Shown: positions 13,080 to 26,372, numbered from the stretch's first letter. The stretch is DNA of 64,000 nucleotides from Paramecium tetraurelia (GCA_000165425.1 CT868452.1:1-64000), one strand, 5' to 3'. Translations and numbers: made by a program. The notes: generated by a model not told the origin, from the sequence alone.

Positions 13080-13980
13080 TAAAAGTCAATTAGTTTAATA
13101 CTGTTAACATCAATATTAACTAGCCACATGATGAAGATCTCATTAAACTGGGAATTCTTAAAGTGAAACATTTTAAGTATTCAGAGGTTTTTATATCTCG
13201 AGGGGAAATATAACTGAGCATAGAAAACATGTCAAACTAAAGTTAAATTCTTGAGTGATCAATTAAAAATTTAAGTCATATTTTACCTTTGAGACATATG
13301 ACTTAGCTGAGGCTTTCTTACATTAAGCCTCATTTTTGATTATGTTGCAACTCTTATGAAAAATTATGAAATCAAAGAGATAGAAAAATGGATATTAATC
13401 TATAGAGGATCCATAAAAAGAATATTATGCCTAGCCAAATCTACAGCTAATCATATAATTGATGAATTATGGAAAAAGTTTAGTTTGTAGCCGACAGCTT
13501 CGATGAAGTAGACAGATGAACAAATAGCTAGACTACTCACATATAAGAAATAAGGAGGAGGTGTGAGATTTTTTAAAGTTAAATTGACATGAAGGTTCAA
13601 ACAATGCTATGGAAGAGATCTGAACTATCTGCTGAGGTCAATAGGATTTAAGATTAAGACAACCTAACCATTCAATAATATGGTTTTGCTCCTAATATTT
13701 CTCACAATATGAAATATTTGCCGATGTTTGGTTATCTGGAAAGTTACGACTAAAGTGGTAATGTTCTTTTGAGCATTTTAAGAAGCATGATCCTTTACTG
13801 TATTAAGACTTTTTGGCCATAGAAGTTACATAAATTAATATGCAATGGAACATTCGCAGTGCTATCAAAAGTATTCACATAGAAATGAATTGTGTGCTTC
13901 CACTTTTAAAAGCTTAATAAGTGCTTCAATCGAATAGTTGATGAAAAGACATTTAGTCACGCGTCTGAGGTTAATTTAAT
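13080..13980 (+). mobile_element. Probable decayed non-LTR retrotransposon ORF2 fragment (RT C-terminus/thumb)
   Basis: Collinear motifs VKHFKYSEVFIS (cf. FKYLGV), ITEHRKHV, SYIKPHF/DYVA (cf. YIRPHLEY) and IYRGSIKRILCLAKSTANHII; many frameshifts and TGA stops. Confidence 0.45.
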
Positions 13981-14872
13981 TTAATAAGTGTGGATATTTG
14001 AATGATGAAACTTAAAAAAAATAAATTTTAGAGTAAATTAAATAAGGCACCCTTTAAAATGTTTATTAAGTTGTTGTTAACATTATAGAACTTATTTTGT
14101 GATTTGATGAATAATTTATTATAAATGGAAGTAGTATAAATTAAAATCATAATTATGAAATTTTAAAAATTACTAAATTTGCTGACATTCCCCAATTGAA
14201 TCAGTGACCGCCAAGTTATTCTGAACATAAATCAGATTGTTAGGATAATATTAACTACAGTTAAGACATAACTACGAGCTACAATATCTATGGCTTACAA
14301 AATTTGAGCATTAACTGTGGTAAATGTCATATCAAACCGCACAAATTACACTTGATTTGAAATATAAAAAGATGCAATTTCAATTGCATCATATTCATGA
14401 ACAACATTAATTCAGAATATAGGTGCTAAACAAAATTCAATCATTGTATTTGAATATAGGATGAGCACCTAGTTGCACAGAATGAATGCATTATTAGAAA
14501 ACTCAAAGATTATTATTTGACACATAATTTATAAATTAGCAGTAGAAGATCATATATAATAGTCTTGAGTAAAGAGAAATAAGTGCTGATGCCATAGTAT
14601 GGTAAACTTTAGTTCGAACATAAGATACAAGAAGTCAAAATTTGCAGACATTGGATGAATTCTAACCTGAAGTACAAGAAAAATATCCTAAGAGGTGTCA
14701 CAAACAAATATTTAAGAGTTTTCAAATGTTGATTATTTTTGTTCATATCTTACTACTTTATTTAGTGCTTTTAGCCCTTATTCTGTTGAAATGCAAAAAT
14801 TTTAGACATAAAATTGATTAGATTTAGTAATAGAATTTTATGATAATTACATACATTAATTAAGTGTAACCT

Positions 14873-16129
14873 TCAATCAATATCGTTGTCCTTTATCTAT
14901 ACCTCTTTATAGTCAGCAATCAAATATTCGAATTTACTCATACATTCTTGAACCCACCCAAAACCACCACCTTCTCCAGTAAACCAATGAAGAAAAGCTC
15001 TTTTATCAAAGACTTTATAAAATTTCTTTAAAATTATTTCCAAATAATTAAGCATAGAAAGATCATTTGAAAGAAATACACCTGTTTACTTTAATTAAGC
15101 AAGTTCTGGAATAACTGTGTAATTTTATGATATACATTGAAGCACATAAGGACTCTCCTAATATCTAATCTTCATCTTTTAAAAGGCTTAGTCGGATTAA
15201 CCAAAAAATTAATTTTCTCCTTTAGAACGATGCACTAAAGCAGCGCTAAGGTGGTAAGGTTTAATTTTGTTTTGAAATAACCTTTATTCTGGTTTTGTTA
15301 TATATGATATAAGTTATTTTTCATTTAATTCATATTTGATTTAGTCATTGATAGTTGCCAAAGGTCCATAAGAAGGAGTAATATAATGAATTCTATCATA
15401 TGAACACAATCCAGAAAGCAATTTCTTATTATCAATTTAGCTGAATCTTCTTAAACCTGTATATGAGCTAATTAATTATGATATTAAATTATTTAAGAGA
15501 GTATAATCAACAAAATCCAAACCAAACTGTGAATCTATGGATTCATACATTGATTGATTATCCAACATTACAACAGAGTGACAATCTTCTAAAGTTAAAT
15601 CAATGGAGTATATAACATTATAGAGATCTACTATATTATTAGACATTTCTTGAGAAGGATAAACTAAGAATGCATTTTTTTAAGTCTTTCTTCCATATTC
15701 TTTTGATATTCTCTCCAAAAGCAAAGCAGCGAAACCTGATCCTGTTCCACCACTTAAAGCAGAAGTAATAATGAATTAATCAAGTCTGTCAATACTTTCT
15801 ATTTGTTTTCTTAATTAATCTAAACTTTGTTCAATTAATTATTTCCCAACAGCATTAAAAGCTCTGCAAAAATTGTTTGATGCGTCCTCCTTCCCTGAAA
15901 CAAAAGAGGTAGATTTATACTTTATTGATTAATTTTTTTTGACTTTGTTTATCATTTGTTCATCTGAATCGACAAATAGAGCTAAAGGGTAGTTATTATT
16001 CTCATTTTCATTATAAATGTAGCTCTTGACATTTGTATCTGATTCTTCTTTTTCATAAAGTTTCCATAGGGCATCCCCTATCATTACTCCAGCTCCACCT
16101 ATATGAAGATGAATAACAGAAGAAGTCAT
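14873..16129 (-). CDS. Highly divergent alpha-like tubulin (418 aa, intronless)
   Basis: HLHIGGAGVMIG, GKEDASNNFCRA, SGGTGSG signature, VMLDNQ, RIHY and KRAFLHWFTGEG; continuous ORF in table 6. Confidence 0.9.
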
Positions 16130-16289
16130 TATAATTAATAAATTATGAATTATAATGTTAAACTACAAATAATTAGAATGAAGAAATCAGCCATTCATTT
16201 TGCAAAGCCATTTCTAAATTTATTCGGTTTAAATAATAATTGTACGAATAGTCTTAATAAAATGATTATAACGGGCATTTGAATTAATA

Positions 16290-16520
16290 TCATTTTTTTT
16301 AAACAGCAGAAAGTGGTTAAATGTATTGTTCTTAATATCTTCCATCAATGCTTTGATAACCAAGAGCACATACAAGACAAATTCAAATTGTACAAGTTAA
16401 GCATTGACTTTCACAACTATGGCAGCATAAATGGCATCCATTTCCAAAAATGAGATTTCCATCATCGCATAATTCAACAGGTGTTACTAATGAGTCCCCC
16501 CAAATTGCTATACATTCATT
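16290..16520 (-). pseudogene. Remnant of a Myxococcus-type cysteine-rich repeat (DUF4215-like) surface protein
   Basis: ECIAIWGDSLVTPVELCDDGNLIFGNGCHLCCHSCESQCLTC followed by in-frame TGA; the consensus CGD is changed to WGD. Confidence 0.6.
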
Positions 16521-17271
16521 ATCTTTCTTTCTTATGATTCAATTCTAAGGTGATATCTCAATCCATTTTAATTATACCAACATCTTTTTTACCTTAATAG
16601 GATAGAATATAAGCTTTTGATTACCTTAATATAATGAATTTTAATTAAGTTTACTAGAATAAATTAGTGAAGAGAAAAAGATTCTAACATTAAATATTTT
16701 GATTTTTAGAAGGTGAATTATAGTATAAGAAAAGTATACATCATAAGTCATAAAACAGAATGTTTGATCTCCTTATATATTCTTTTTGACCTGATTTAAT
16801 TAATTTCTTATTTGTTTAAAATTTAATAGTGTAACTTTCAAAATTAACTTTTGCAAACCCTTTAATTATTAGTTTATAATCTAATAAAATTTAAATAAAA
16901 GTAGCTATATTTATTTTGGTTATTATTAGTGACTTAAATTTGATAATAGTTTGATAGAAGGATAGAATTTATTGGAAATTGAAATATTTAAAAGATAATT
17001 TGATTTCGACGTATTCTGTTATAATGGTTCGAAAACTGTATCTCCCAAAATATTCTCTATCGACTATGGAGATCTAGAATTATGATAATTTAAACTTAAA
17101 TTCTTGATTTACCTATCTCAACACATTCCTTAGTAAACAAAGTCCTTAGTTAAGTAATTCTAATTTAGCGTGATTTTTTAATAATATGAAAATTTAAGAA
17201 ATATACTCGTGTTTCTCTATAAAACAATCTCTATAAAATCAAATAAAAACAATCTAAATTACAATATTAAT

Positions 17272-18838
17272 TCAAATCAAAATCATCCCTTTTAAAATTG
17301 TCATTTCTCTTTAAATTTATAATTCCTCTCTTACTTAATCATAAATATCGCCAATGTTGTATATGTCTAAAATAGAACTCAATAAAATACCAACTAATAT
17401 ATCTAAAACATGTAACATTGAACCAGAGTATTTAGGATTTGACATCTTTTATAAAATAAACTGCAAAATCATCTAAAGCTCCTCATCATCAATATCTTTT
17501 AGTGCAACTTCTAAAGCTCCTCTTTCAGACAATTCCTCCACTAGACTGAGTATTATTGATGTTTTTTTTTCTTTAAAAGCCTATAATAATTTCATAATTT
17601 ACCTTTACAATTGCTTCCTTATATTTAAAAGAAACTAACAATTTATCATAGCCTGAAAACTTTTGATTTTGAATTGTTGGAACTTTGTAATCATAATCAG
17701 ATAATTTAGAATAGATGCCTCGATTATAAAATTTATAATTTTTGATTCTCCTTTATAAATGTGGATTAGACTTAAGATATTCAGGTATATAATCCTCTTC
17801 TTCTTCAATATCTTCATCATTTTTTGATGGTTTTAACTAATTTATTTGTAATTATCCATCATTTCCTCCTATAGCAATATTAAATCCATCCAATGAAGCA
17901 TCCAAAGCCATCACAGGACTTTTCCATTTCAATTAATGGGTAACATTAAAAATATCAGTTCTTATAAATTTTATCTAATGATCTAAAGATCCTGTAATAA
18001 TTCTAGTTTAATCATGATACTAAGTTAAGGTTAAAGAAGTTATAGTTTTCTAATTTGTATGCAATTCTTAAATTAAATTTTCTTTTCTGAAATCCCATAA
18101 AGTAGTAAATTAATCTTAAGCAGAGATAAAATTTAACTTATTTGGTAATATGAGAATTGATTCGATTGGATGATTTGTTAAGTAGGATCTAATTGGGTCG
18201 TTACTACTACTTCTCAAATCATATAATTTAATAAATTTATCATAAGATGAAGATAATAATTATCGATCTTCATATCCAGCTATGCTTCTAATAAAATCAT
18301 TATGAGCATTAGGTATGCTTCTAATTACTATATCATTTGGTATATCAAAGAGTTTTATAGTCTTAAATTATGATAATATTTACTCCATCATCTCCAGCTG
18401 CATAGATTTAATCTGTGTTGTTAAAGCTGACTGAATGCACAGGTTTCTTGAAATTTTTGAACTATCTTAGAGATGTTTTTGTCTTAAGGTTCATAATATT
18501 TACTAATCCATCTTCATGAGAAGTGGCCAATAATTGGGAATCGCATCTTAATTAAAGTGAAAGCACTTAAGTTTTAAATCTACTCAAGGTTTATGTGATT
18601 TAATTTTTATTTGTGCTGAAAATTTCCACCGTATTTCCACTGGCAACTGCAATTCTTTATTTGATGTTATTAGAGGCACTAATTGCTTTTATTGATTAAT
18701 TATGTTATTTTTCTAAGACTTAATTAAAGCTATTCCAATATCTGTTTTCTGCATTATCACTAACTGGCTTTTTAAATAATCTAAACTATATATGACTTTG
18801 ATTTACAATTTTTCTTTTAATTTTATGTAATTGTCCAT
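17272..18838 (-). CDS. UTP15: U3 snoRNP WD40 protein, UTP15-like
   Basis: AENRYWNSF, TLSRFK..LRCDSQLLA, AHNDFIRS, SSSYDKFIKLYDLR, TGSLDHQIK, helical C-terminus with EELSERGALEVAL; short introns. Confidence 0.8.
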
Positions 18839-19065
18839 TAATATAAAAATTAATTTATGTTATAAAGTTAAATTAAGTGTGATTTTTAATTCTGTTTTTG
18901 GTGTAGTTTTTTTGCAAAATGCTAGCTTATATTGTTATATAATGCTCAAATTAAAATCGTTAGCGTAGAGTTATTAATAAAAATTGAAAGAGATTCTTTT
19001 TATATTGCCTCTATATTACAAATTAATTGAGGTAAATAGATCAATACTAATTATTTATAACAATA

Positions 19066-19656
19066 ATGGATTAAAATTATATTGATAAATAAGTAAAATA
19101 AGGAAAAGTCCTTGTTGTAATAAACAAATTAGTATATGATTTGACAGATTTCAAAACTAGACATCCAGGAGGGTTTAAAATTTTAGAAAAATATAATGGT
19201 TATGATGTTACTAGACAGTTTGAAGTTGTTATTCGGCATAGTGAAAAGGCTAAGGAGATGATGAAGGAATTTTTTATTGGCTCCTTTTAAGACCGAAGAT
19301 AAAAGGTTTCATGGGATCATATTAGATCGAACCAGGAAAAACTATACATAGTGATCTCAAATAATTTATATGATTGCACTGAGGTATGAAACAAATTTAC
19401 TTCTTAGTTCGCAGATAATCATCCAGGAGGAAAAGAGATTTTGCAATTATATAAGAATTAAAATGCAACAGAGGCATTTAAAAGACTTGGCCACAGTTAA
19501 GAAGCAAGAGAAAAGATGGATTTATATAAAATTGGGGAACTTGAACATAAAGTAATAAAATTCATATAATAGAAAGCTGAGGGGAATTCGTAGAGATGGC
19601 TTTTATTTTTTATAGGACTGGTAATTGCATACATTTACAAGAGTATAGCTTATTGA
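19066..19656 (+). CDS. Tandem two-domain cytochrome b5 with C-terminal membrane anchor
   Basis: Two VYD/LYD..HPGG..(R/G)HS domains followed by WLLFFIGLVIAYIY; two short introns. Confidence 0.85.
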
Positions 19657-19719
19657 ATATCCTTAAATTTTAATGCAAAAATATTTATTAATAATTATAT
19701 AATCCTTATCGAATAAGTA

Positions 19720-20658
19720 ATGAATGAGAGAAGAGACGAAACCACTATTCCAGTTGCTATGGAGTATGACAAGAAAAAGGATGAGATTGAGAAAAAATTG
19801 AATTCGTACAATTGATAAACTAATAAAGATTATTTGAAGCCGACAAGGCTGCTGAGGAGTAATTGTATTAAGTGTAATAAATCCTTGCTATTTAAGGAGC
19901 AGTGTTAGAAACTGCTTCAGAATCCTCATTAAGAATCCTTGCCATCTAATATTTTATTACAAGTCTTTTAACAATGTTTATTTTGTAATTAAATCGTTTT
20001 GGATGGATTTTAACTTGGCTTCCTTTTTTGGAATAATTTGTTGGAACTATTTACATAATAACACTATTACTTGCTGAATTTTGTCCGAGTGCAGTCTCAA
20101 AAGTAAATTAATTGATATTTCTAGTTACCCTACAACTTTTTGATTTTTATTTGTCATTCTTGTTCCAAAATTTTACTTCTTGTTTTTATTTCACTATGGT
20201 ATTCAGAGTATAAATGCGAATTAATCACTCTAGCTCTAGGGATTTCAGTATTATATTTGATCTATTTAATCAAAAGTTCTGTAGGTATATTTAATCATGA
20301 AATTTAAGCTGAGAAGCAATATTAAGGAATGAAAGTGAAAAAGTAATTCTGTAATACTTTTGTTATGGTGGCTTTTATATCTGGTGTCTTATGTTTGTTA
20401 ACTAGATCACACCTAATAATCGTAGCCGTTTTAGCGTGTTTTGGTCTAATTTATATCTGCTTTTTATAATTAGCCCTTTAGAGATTTGAATAGATGGAAT
20501 TTATTTTCGAGAATTCAAATGACATTTATTTGGGACCTGCAATATTGGATGCAGATTTACTATTCTTTTGCAAATTATGTTTTTTCCATTGTTTTAGTAA
20601 GAAAAACAATTCCAATCCCAAAATAAAAGAAGAAGAATCAGATTAAAACGAAGATTGA
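19720..20658 (+). CDS. Multi-pass membrane protein, possibly divergent Bax inhibitor-1/TMBIM family
   Basis: About seven hydrophobic segments, KLPYNFLIF motif, C-terminal DIYLGPAILDADLL; short introns. Confidence 0.55.
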
Positions 20659-20720
20659 AAATGAAATTTATCATTAATAGATATATATTCACTTTAATTA
20701 TATATATTATAAACATTTTA

Positions 20721-21743
20721 TCAAATATTAATGATATCTCTCTAAATACCATGATCGATATAAAACATATGAACAGCATTTTCATAACCTTTAGTTAATA
20801 GAAATTCGTTAATTGATTTTATTTCTTTTTCTGTGACATCCTTACATAAGAGTGCTATAGCATCATAACCTCCTGCTCCAGGACATATTCCCCATAAAAC
20901 GGAAGGTTAAGCAATTGAAAAGTCGATAATTTCGGTTGAGATTTTAGGTTCAATATCATAATTAGCTAATTAACTTAATTCTCTAAGTAAAGAACGGTAT
21001 TCTTAGTTCAATTTTAAGAACTAATCTCTAACTAATTTCTTTTCTTTGAGAAGATAACATAATTCCATAACACATTTCTCACTTGTTTCTAAAAAATATT
21101 TATAGTATTTTTAGTTTTCAGATAAGCATTTTTATATTGTATTTATCCCTTTGATAGTGCTCTATCCTTATTTTAAATCAATTAATAAGATTTGGTAATT
21201 TTTATCCAGTCCATCTAAAGGTATAACTTCATTTTTGCTAAACAATTAACTTCCATATATTGCAGTTGAAATATCAAATCCAGAACCTTTATTTTCTTAT
21301 GCTATCAGGTTAGCTTGCAAAGCTAATTGGTACAACTTTTCATTATCATTGATAAATTGACCTAAACTAGAAACAATTAAGCCAGCGGAACTTCCTAAAC
21401 CTAACTTTGTTATTTTATTCTTTTAATTTTATGAATAAAAGGCTGAATCTGGCTTAGTTTCAATCAACCAAGAATCTGTAGCCAGTTGGTTCTGAAATAT
21501 AATTTAGTAAATAGCATCAAAATATATGTTTTCACTTTTAGCAATCTAATTTAATGAATATTTTATTTCTTGAGAAAATTATTCACTCCTAAAAATTATT
21601 TAGTTGTTTTCCTATAATTTAAGTTTCTCAGTCCTAAATCTAGCATTGATTGCTATTGATACTCCATGATTATTGGGATTCAAAATAGCATAGCCTCCAG
21701 CAAGTAATACTTTACCAGGACATGAACAAATAAATTTTTACAT
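20721..21743 (-). CDS. Phosphomevalonate kinase (ERG8/GHMP type)
   Basis: SCPGKVLLAGGYAIL, KLGLGSSA, GSGFDISTAIYGS, CPGAGGYDA. Confidence 0.88.
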
Positions 21744-21783
21744 TTTATAATAACTATTTTTTCAACTATTTAACTGCGAAGAA

Positions 21784-22986
21784 ATGTTCGGTCCTTAAAC
21801 TAATGATCTCAAAGAGTAAGAAGAAGGTTAAAACTAAAAAAGTTTGCTTCCTTCTGGATATCAATCTCCTAAATTGAACCTAACCTCGAGACTTAGGGTG
21901 TATATGAGTTAATACGAGAGACAAATAATAAGATCTTTATTAAGTTCAAATATTTAGAAAATTCCTCTTGAAAATAGCAACACATATTTAGTAAATTATG
22001 ATTCAGAGGTGTCAATATTTAAAATTTAAGGAGATCAAATCAAAAGATCATTATAACCAAGTACGTTTGCCTCATTTGTGAAAATATATTCAAATACAAT
22101 GCTTCCAAAAAGAATAAAGAGTTATCTGATAGACAGAAATAACATTATATATCAATATGAAATTGATTATATGAAAGGGGAAATTCCTTCTTTTAGAAAT
22201 TATAAACATGAAATAAATACAGCTTTAAGTTTAGAAAGTTACATCTTCTTATCAGTAATTATTTAAATCATATTTAGTGTATTGTAAGTCAAGACGGCTT
22301 CTTACTTGTGATGGTGTCTGATACTAAAATTTTCTTTTTAAATCTAAGAGATGGGGTTTATCATGAGATAAAAAACCCTCTTAACATTAACTAATTTCCT
22401 TTAGAATTCAATTTCGATAAGAAAGTTCATTTAGAACTGGACCCAACGAAAACGTGCTTTATCATGGCTCATGAATCTACGGTTGTTATTTATAATAACT
22501 TTGATAAAATCAAATAGTTTGAGCTCAAAAAATAGTAAACAATATTAAATGTATTTTAAATAATTAGTTTAGATTAAATTATTTGGTAATTAACTTATAA
22601 TACTGACAAATTTAGCCATAATAAAGATTGATAATGTGTTTAATAAATATATTCAATTGAAAGAGGAAGATTACTTTTATCTATAAAATTTTGAATAACA
22701 AGAAAATCAAGAAAGTTATATAAATTATGGAACATTTGAGATTGAAAATCAAGAGATTAAGTCAGTTATCATTTATGATAGCAATAAAAAATTTTATTTA
22801 ATTGAAATGTAAAGTATATAATAGGGATAATTGATTATTAAGGAATTAAAAACATAATTTGATGAAGATGAGAAAATAGAGATGATAGAAGTCGAAAGGA
22901 TCACCTTACAATCAATAGTATTGAGAATTTTTTATTTCAAAAAGAATCATGAGCTTGGTTATTTTGAATATTAAGGAAGTCTTTGA
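21784..22986 (+). CDS. Hypothetical protein
   Basis: Long table-6 ORF from ATG to TGA with putative short introns; no recognised motif. Confidence 0.6.
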
Positions 22987-23011
22987 TTTTGATTGATGTA
23001 TTAATATGATA

Positions 23012-23606
23012 TCATTACTTTCCATATTCCTTCTGAGTCATTAGATTGTAGAAATCATCAAAGGTGACAAAGCCATCATCATCCAAATCAGCTTTCTTAA
23101 ACATGTGTTAAATTTCTTCATCAGTCATTTCCTCTCCCAAATCTTATGCCACTCTTTTTAATTCATCCCATGTAACGCGGCCTTTGATAAATAAATAAAT
23201 TACCCTCCTTATTCCAATCATAAAGATTAAAGACTTTTTAGATTTACTCTCTAGTATCTTTATCACTAACTTTGGCTGTTGCAAGATGTAAAAACTCTTC
23301 AAAGTCAATTCCTCCACTATTGTCAGTATCTAATTCACCCAATACTTAATAAATAAATTTATTGTGGTAAGTTTTAATTCCTGATGCTTCAAAAGCCTCT
23401 CTCAATTCTTATGGGTCGATAGATCCAGATCCATCATTATCAAAAATGTCAAAGGCTTACTTGACTTCTAAGACTTCTTCTTTTGTAAGATGTGGTGGTT
23501 TAGCGTAATCTTCAGCATTAAAAGGTTTGGGGCCCTTCTAAGGAGGGGGAGGAGGAGGTGCCTTTTTATCATTCTTTTATGCAGACTATGGTGCCTATCT
23601 GGACAT
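23012..23606 (-). CDS. Centrin (infraciliary-lattice ICL-type EF-hand protein)
   Basis: EF-hands DNDGSGSIDPQE, DTDNSGGIDFEE and DLDDDGFVTFDD; ELKRVAQDLGEEM; Pro-rich N-terminus. Confidence 0.9.
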
Positions 23607-23659
23607 TAATTAATATTTATTTATATTTATATTTAGATACTAGTGAATAACATTTAATA

Positions 23660-24611
23660 TCAAATGTTGAACCATTAATTATCAATTAAGGTAGTAGCTG
23701 TTGGTCTATTGTCTGCCTAAGCATCCAACATTAATAAGATCATATTAGCCAACTCCTTTGAAACAAATTTTTTGAGGATTAATCGATTGGTTCTTGAATT
23801 ATCTTCAGGTAATTGACAAGTACACATTTGAAATATAACTACTCCTAAACAAAATATATCAAAAGAGGGTTAAACTAAATAATTAAGATCTCCTAATTCT
23901 GGAGGTATGTGAGGAAGTGTTTTCATCAGATATTTCCTAAGATCAGGATTTATTTTGGTTTTGATTTCTTATAATGTCTCAAATCTACTTATTTTTAACT
24001 AGAATTAAGGAAAAATTACTTATCTGTACTCTTCTTTGTGACACTCTATATTTTGGAGGATGATGCACATGTGAACACAACTGTTTTGATGAATGTATTT
24101 GAGTCCTTCTAAAATACTGTAAAGATATGATCTTAACTTAATTTCATTTGATAATATTCTGGATTCTGTTTAAACACGTTCCTACAGATAGTTGTACTAA
24201 TTAGCGTAGGAAGTGTATATCTGTATAGTAGTTTTGTTTTGAATGACGTATTAGTGAACCTAAATATTCAATATGTAAGTACTTATGATAAATTATCATC
24301 GTTGAATTATTGAGCTCTTCTTAAGGAACTTAGAATCAAATCTGTGTTGTACGGATTCGATATTGTATATCTGATCCTCTAGTCATTATTTACATATTTA
24401 CTTTAACAAATTTTGAACTGATCACAATCTGGATGTCTTATTGAATTTCGGAAACAATTAGAAAAGTCTCTTCAGGTTCTTCATACTCTCTCAAGGATGA
24501 TAGGAACAAACTATCATTAATAATTAATAGATGCTAAGGACATTTGTAAGGCGAAGTGACAGCTTTTTAAAATTCAATTGAATCATCATCCTATGTGAGA
24601 TTTGTATTCAT
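23660..24611 (-). CDS. Protein kinase-fold protein, probable pseudokinase
   Basis: ILEGLKYIH..CVHMCIILQNI, LKISRFE, PPE, DIFCLGV, RPTA; the HRD and DFG aspartates are absent. Confidence 0.75.
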
Positions 24612-24728
24612 TGTTATTAATTATTATAAATTCGATCTAAATATTATAAGCATAGTAGTAAATAATAATGCGTATTATTGATTTAATATTATAACTTAAC
24701 TTTTAAGTTAAAATCAATATTTTCTAAA

Positions 24729-25744
24729 ATGGAGAAACTATAGAGCATACCCAATTATGAGATAGTAAGAATAATAGGTTCAGGGGCATTTGGTAATTTG
24801 CAAAAACATTTATAAAGGTTATGTGTTTGAAGCCTTTGATTAACAAAGACGCTAAAAAGTAGCCTTAAAGAGAATGCAAAAAGTTGGTAAATTGTAGAGT
24901 AGGGAATGCGAGATCTTGATGTAGTTAAAGCAGTGTAGTTATGTAGTGAAGATGCTAGTATAATATGATGTTATATAGGATGTATTCTACAGTAGAAGCG
25001 AGGATAATAAAATGATTTAAAATATCATACTAGAATTTATGGATCAAAATTTGGAAGATATCATAGGAGATCACAGAAAGAGAAAAACCTATTTGGAATC
25101 CAAAGAGCTCAAGAACTACCTCTATCAAATGCTTAAAGGTCTTGATTAGATTCACAGAAAGCATATAGCACATCGAGATTTAAAACCGTACTTGTATAAA
25201 ATAATTAAAAAGAGAAAATATTTTAGTTAAGGATGGGAAAATCAAATTATGTGATTTTGGCAGTGCAAAGCAACTTAATCCATCCACTATCAACACACCC
25301 TATATTGTATCGAGATTTTATAGAGCTCCAGAATTACTCTTGGGAGTAACTGAATATGATGTATCGATTGATATATGGGCCATTGGCTGCATAATGGCTG
25401 AATTGGCCTTGCTTGAACCTTTATTTATTGGGAAATCAGAAGGGGATTAATTATTTCAAATCCTTAGAATTTTAGGATCTTTTTCCAAATCAGATCTAAA
25501 ATATTATTAAAAGGTTGTTCCTTTTGATGTAAAATTATTCAAAGAGTTCCCAAAATATGAACCGATTGATTTGGAGGAAAAATTCGAACATGTGGATGAT
25601 AAAGATTTATTTATTGATTTGCTTAGGTAATATTATTGATTTGAGTTATTTAATAGCAAATTGTTAAAATACATTCCGGAGGAGAGAATTACAGCAAGCT
25701 AAGCATTAAAACATTAATATTTTTCAGAAATTTTAGACTAGTGA
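24729..25744 (+). CDS. CMGC kinase, GSK3-like
   Basis: IGSGAFG, VALK, HRDLKPEN, CDFGSAK, TPYIVSRFYRAPELLLG, DIWAIGC. Confidence 0.9.
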
Positions 25745-25772
25745 TTTATTCAAAATTGTTTTTAACTAAACA

Positions 25773-26332
25773 TCATCTAGATACTCGTTTTTATAATCGT
25801 TTGGCTAATATTTCTTTCCAATTTCTCATGTCGTCGATTTTCTAATGTTGAATTATAACTTCGTTTGATTTGAGCCGAGTTTCATTATTATAGTAGGGTT
25901 ATTTCCAGTCAGAAATTAAAATTGTATTCATTTATGAGATTGTTCTAAGATGAATAGTAATTATACCGATATTCAGTGATTGCAATTTAATCAGACTGAA
26001 TATATTATTAATATTGTTTGTTTATTAAATCGATCCATTAATTTCTTTTGGTTAATTACAAAGTTGAACGATAGCTTGTTTTAGGAGAAGACGCTAAATT
26101 AGATATTTTTAATTTTGACTCTTAGTTTCTCTTGCTTGCTGTTGTATGCAAAGATGTACTTGGTGTTTTCTTTTATTATTTTGATAGTTCATTCAAAATG
26201 CTTTTGAGAGAATACAAATTTTGGACCTTCAACTTATTCTCAATCTTCTTGGCCTCTCTAATTATTATTTAGTTATAGTAATGCTTACTGATAGATATTC
26301 ATTAGATTATTTTTCTTCTACTCCTAATCCAT
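25773..26332 (-). CDS. Hypothetical protein
   Basis: Table-6 ORF MDQEQKKNNL..., ending in DMRNWKEILAKRLQKRVSR-TGA; a probable intron is not resolved. Confidence 0.5.
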
Positions 26333-26372
26333 TTATTAATTATTATTATATATATAAATATAATATATAGTA

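Noticed and set aside
14950..14972. Telomere-like AACCCACCCAAAACC inside the tubulin gene
   Set aside because: Short, imperfect, in frame (GGFGWV) and the ORF continues normally; likely coincidence.
19066..21743. Cytochrome b5, membrane protein and phosphomevalonate kinase as a lipid gene cluster
   Set aside because: Mixed orientations and no evidence of co-regulation; adjacency is expected in so dense a genome.
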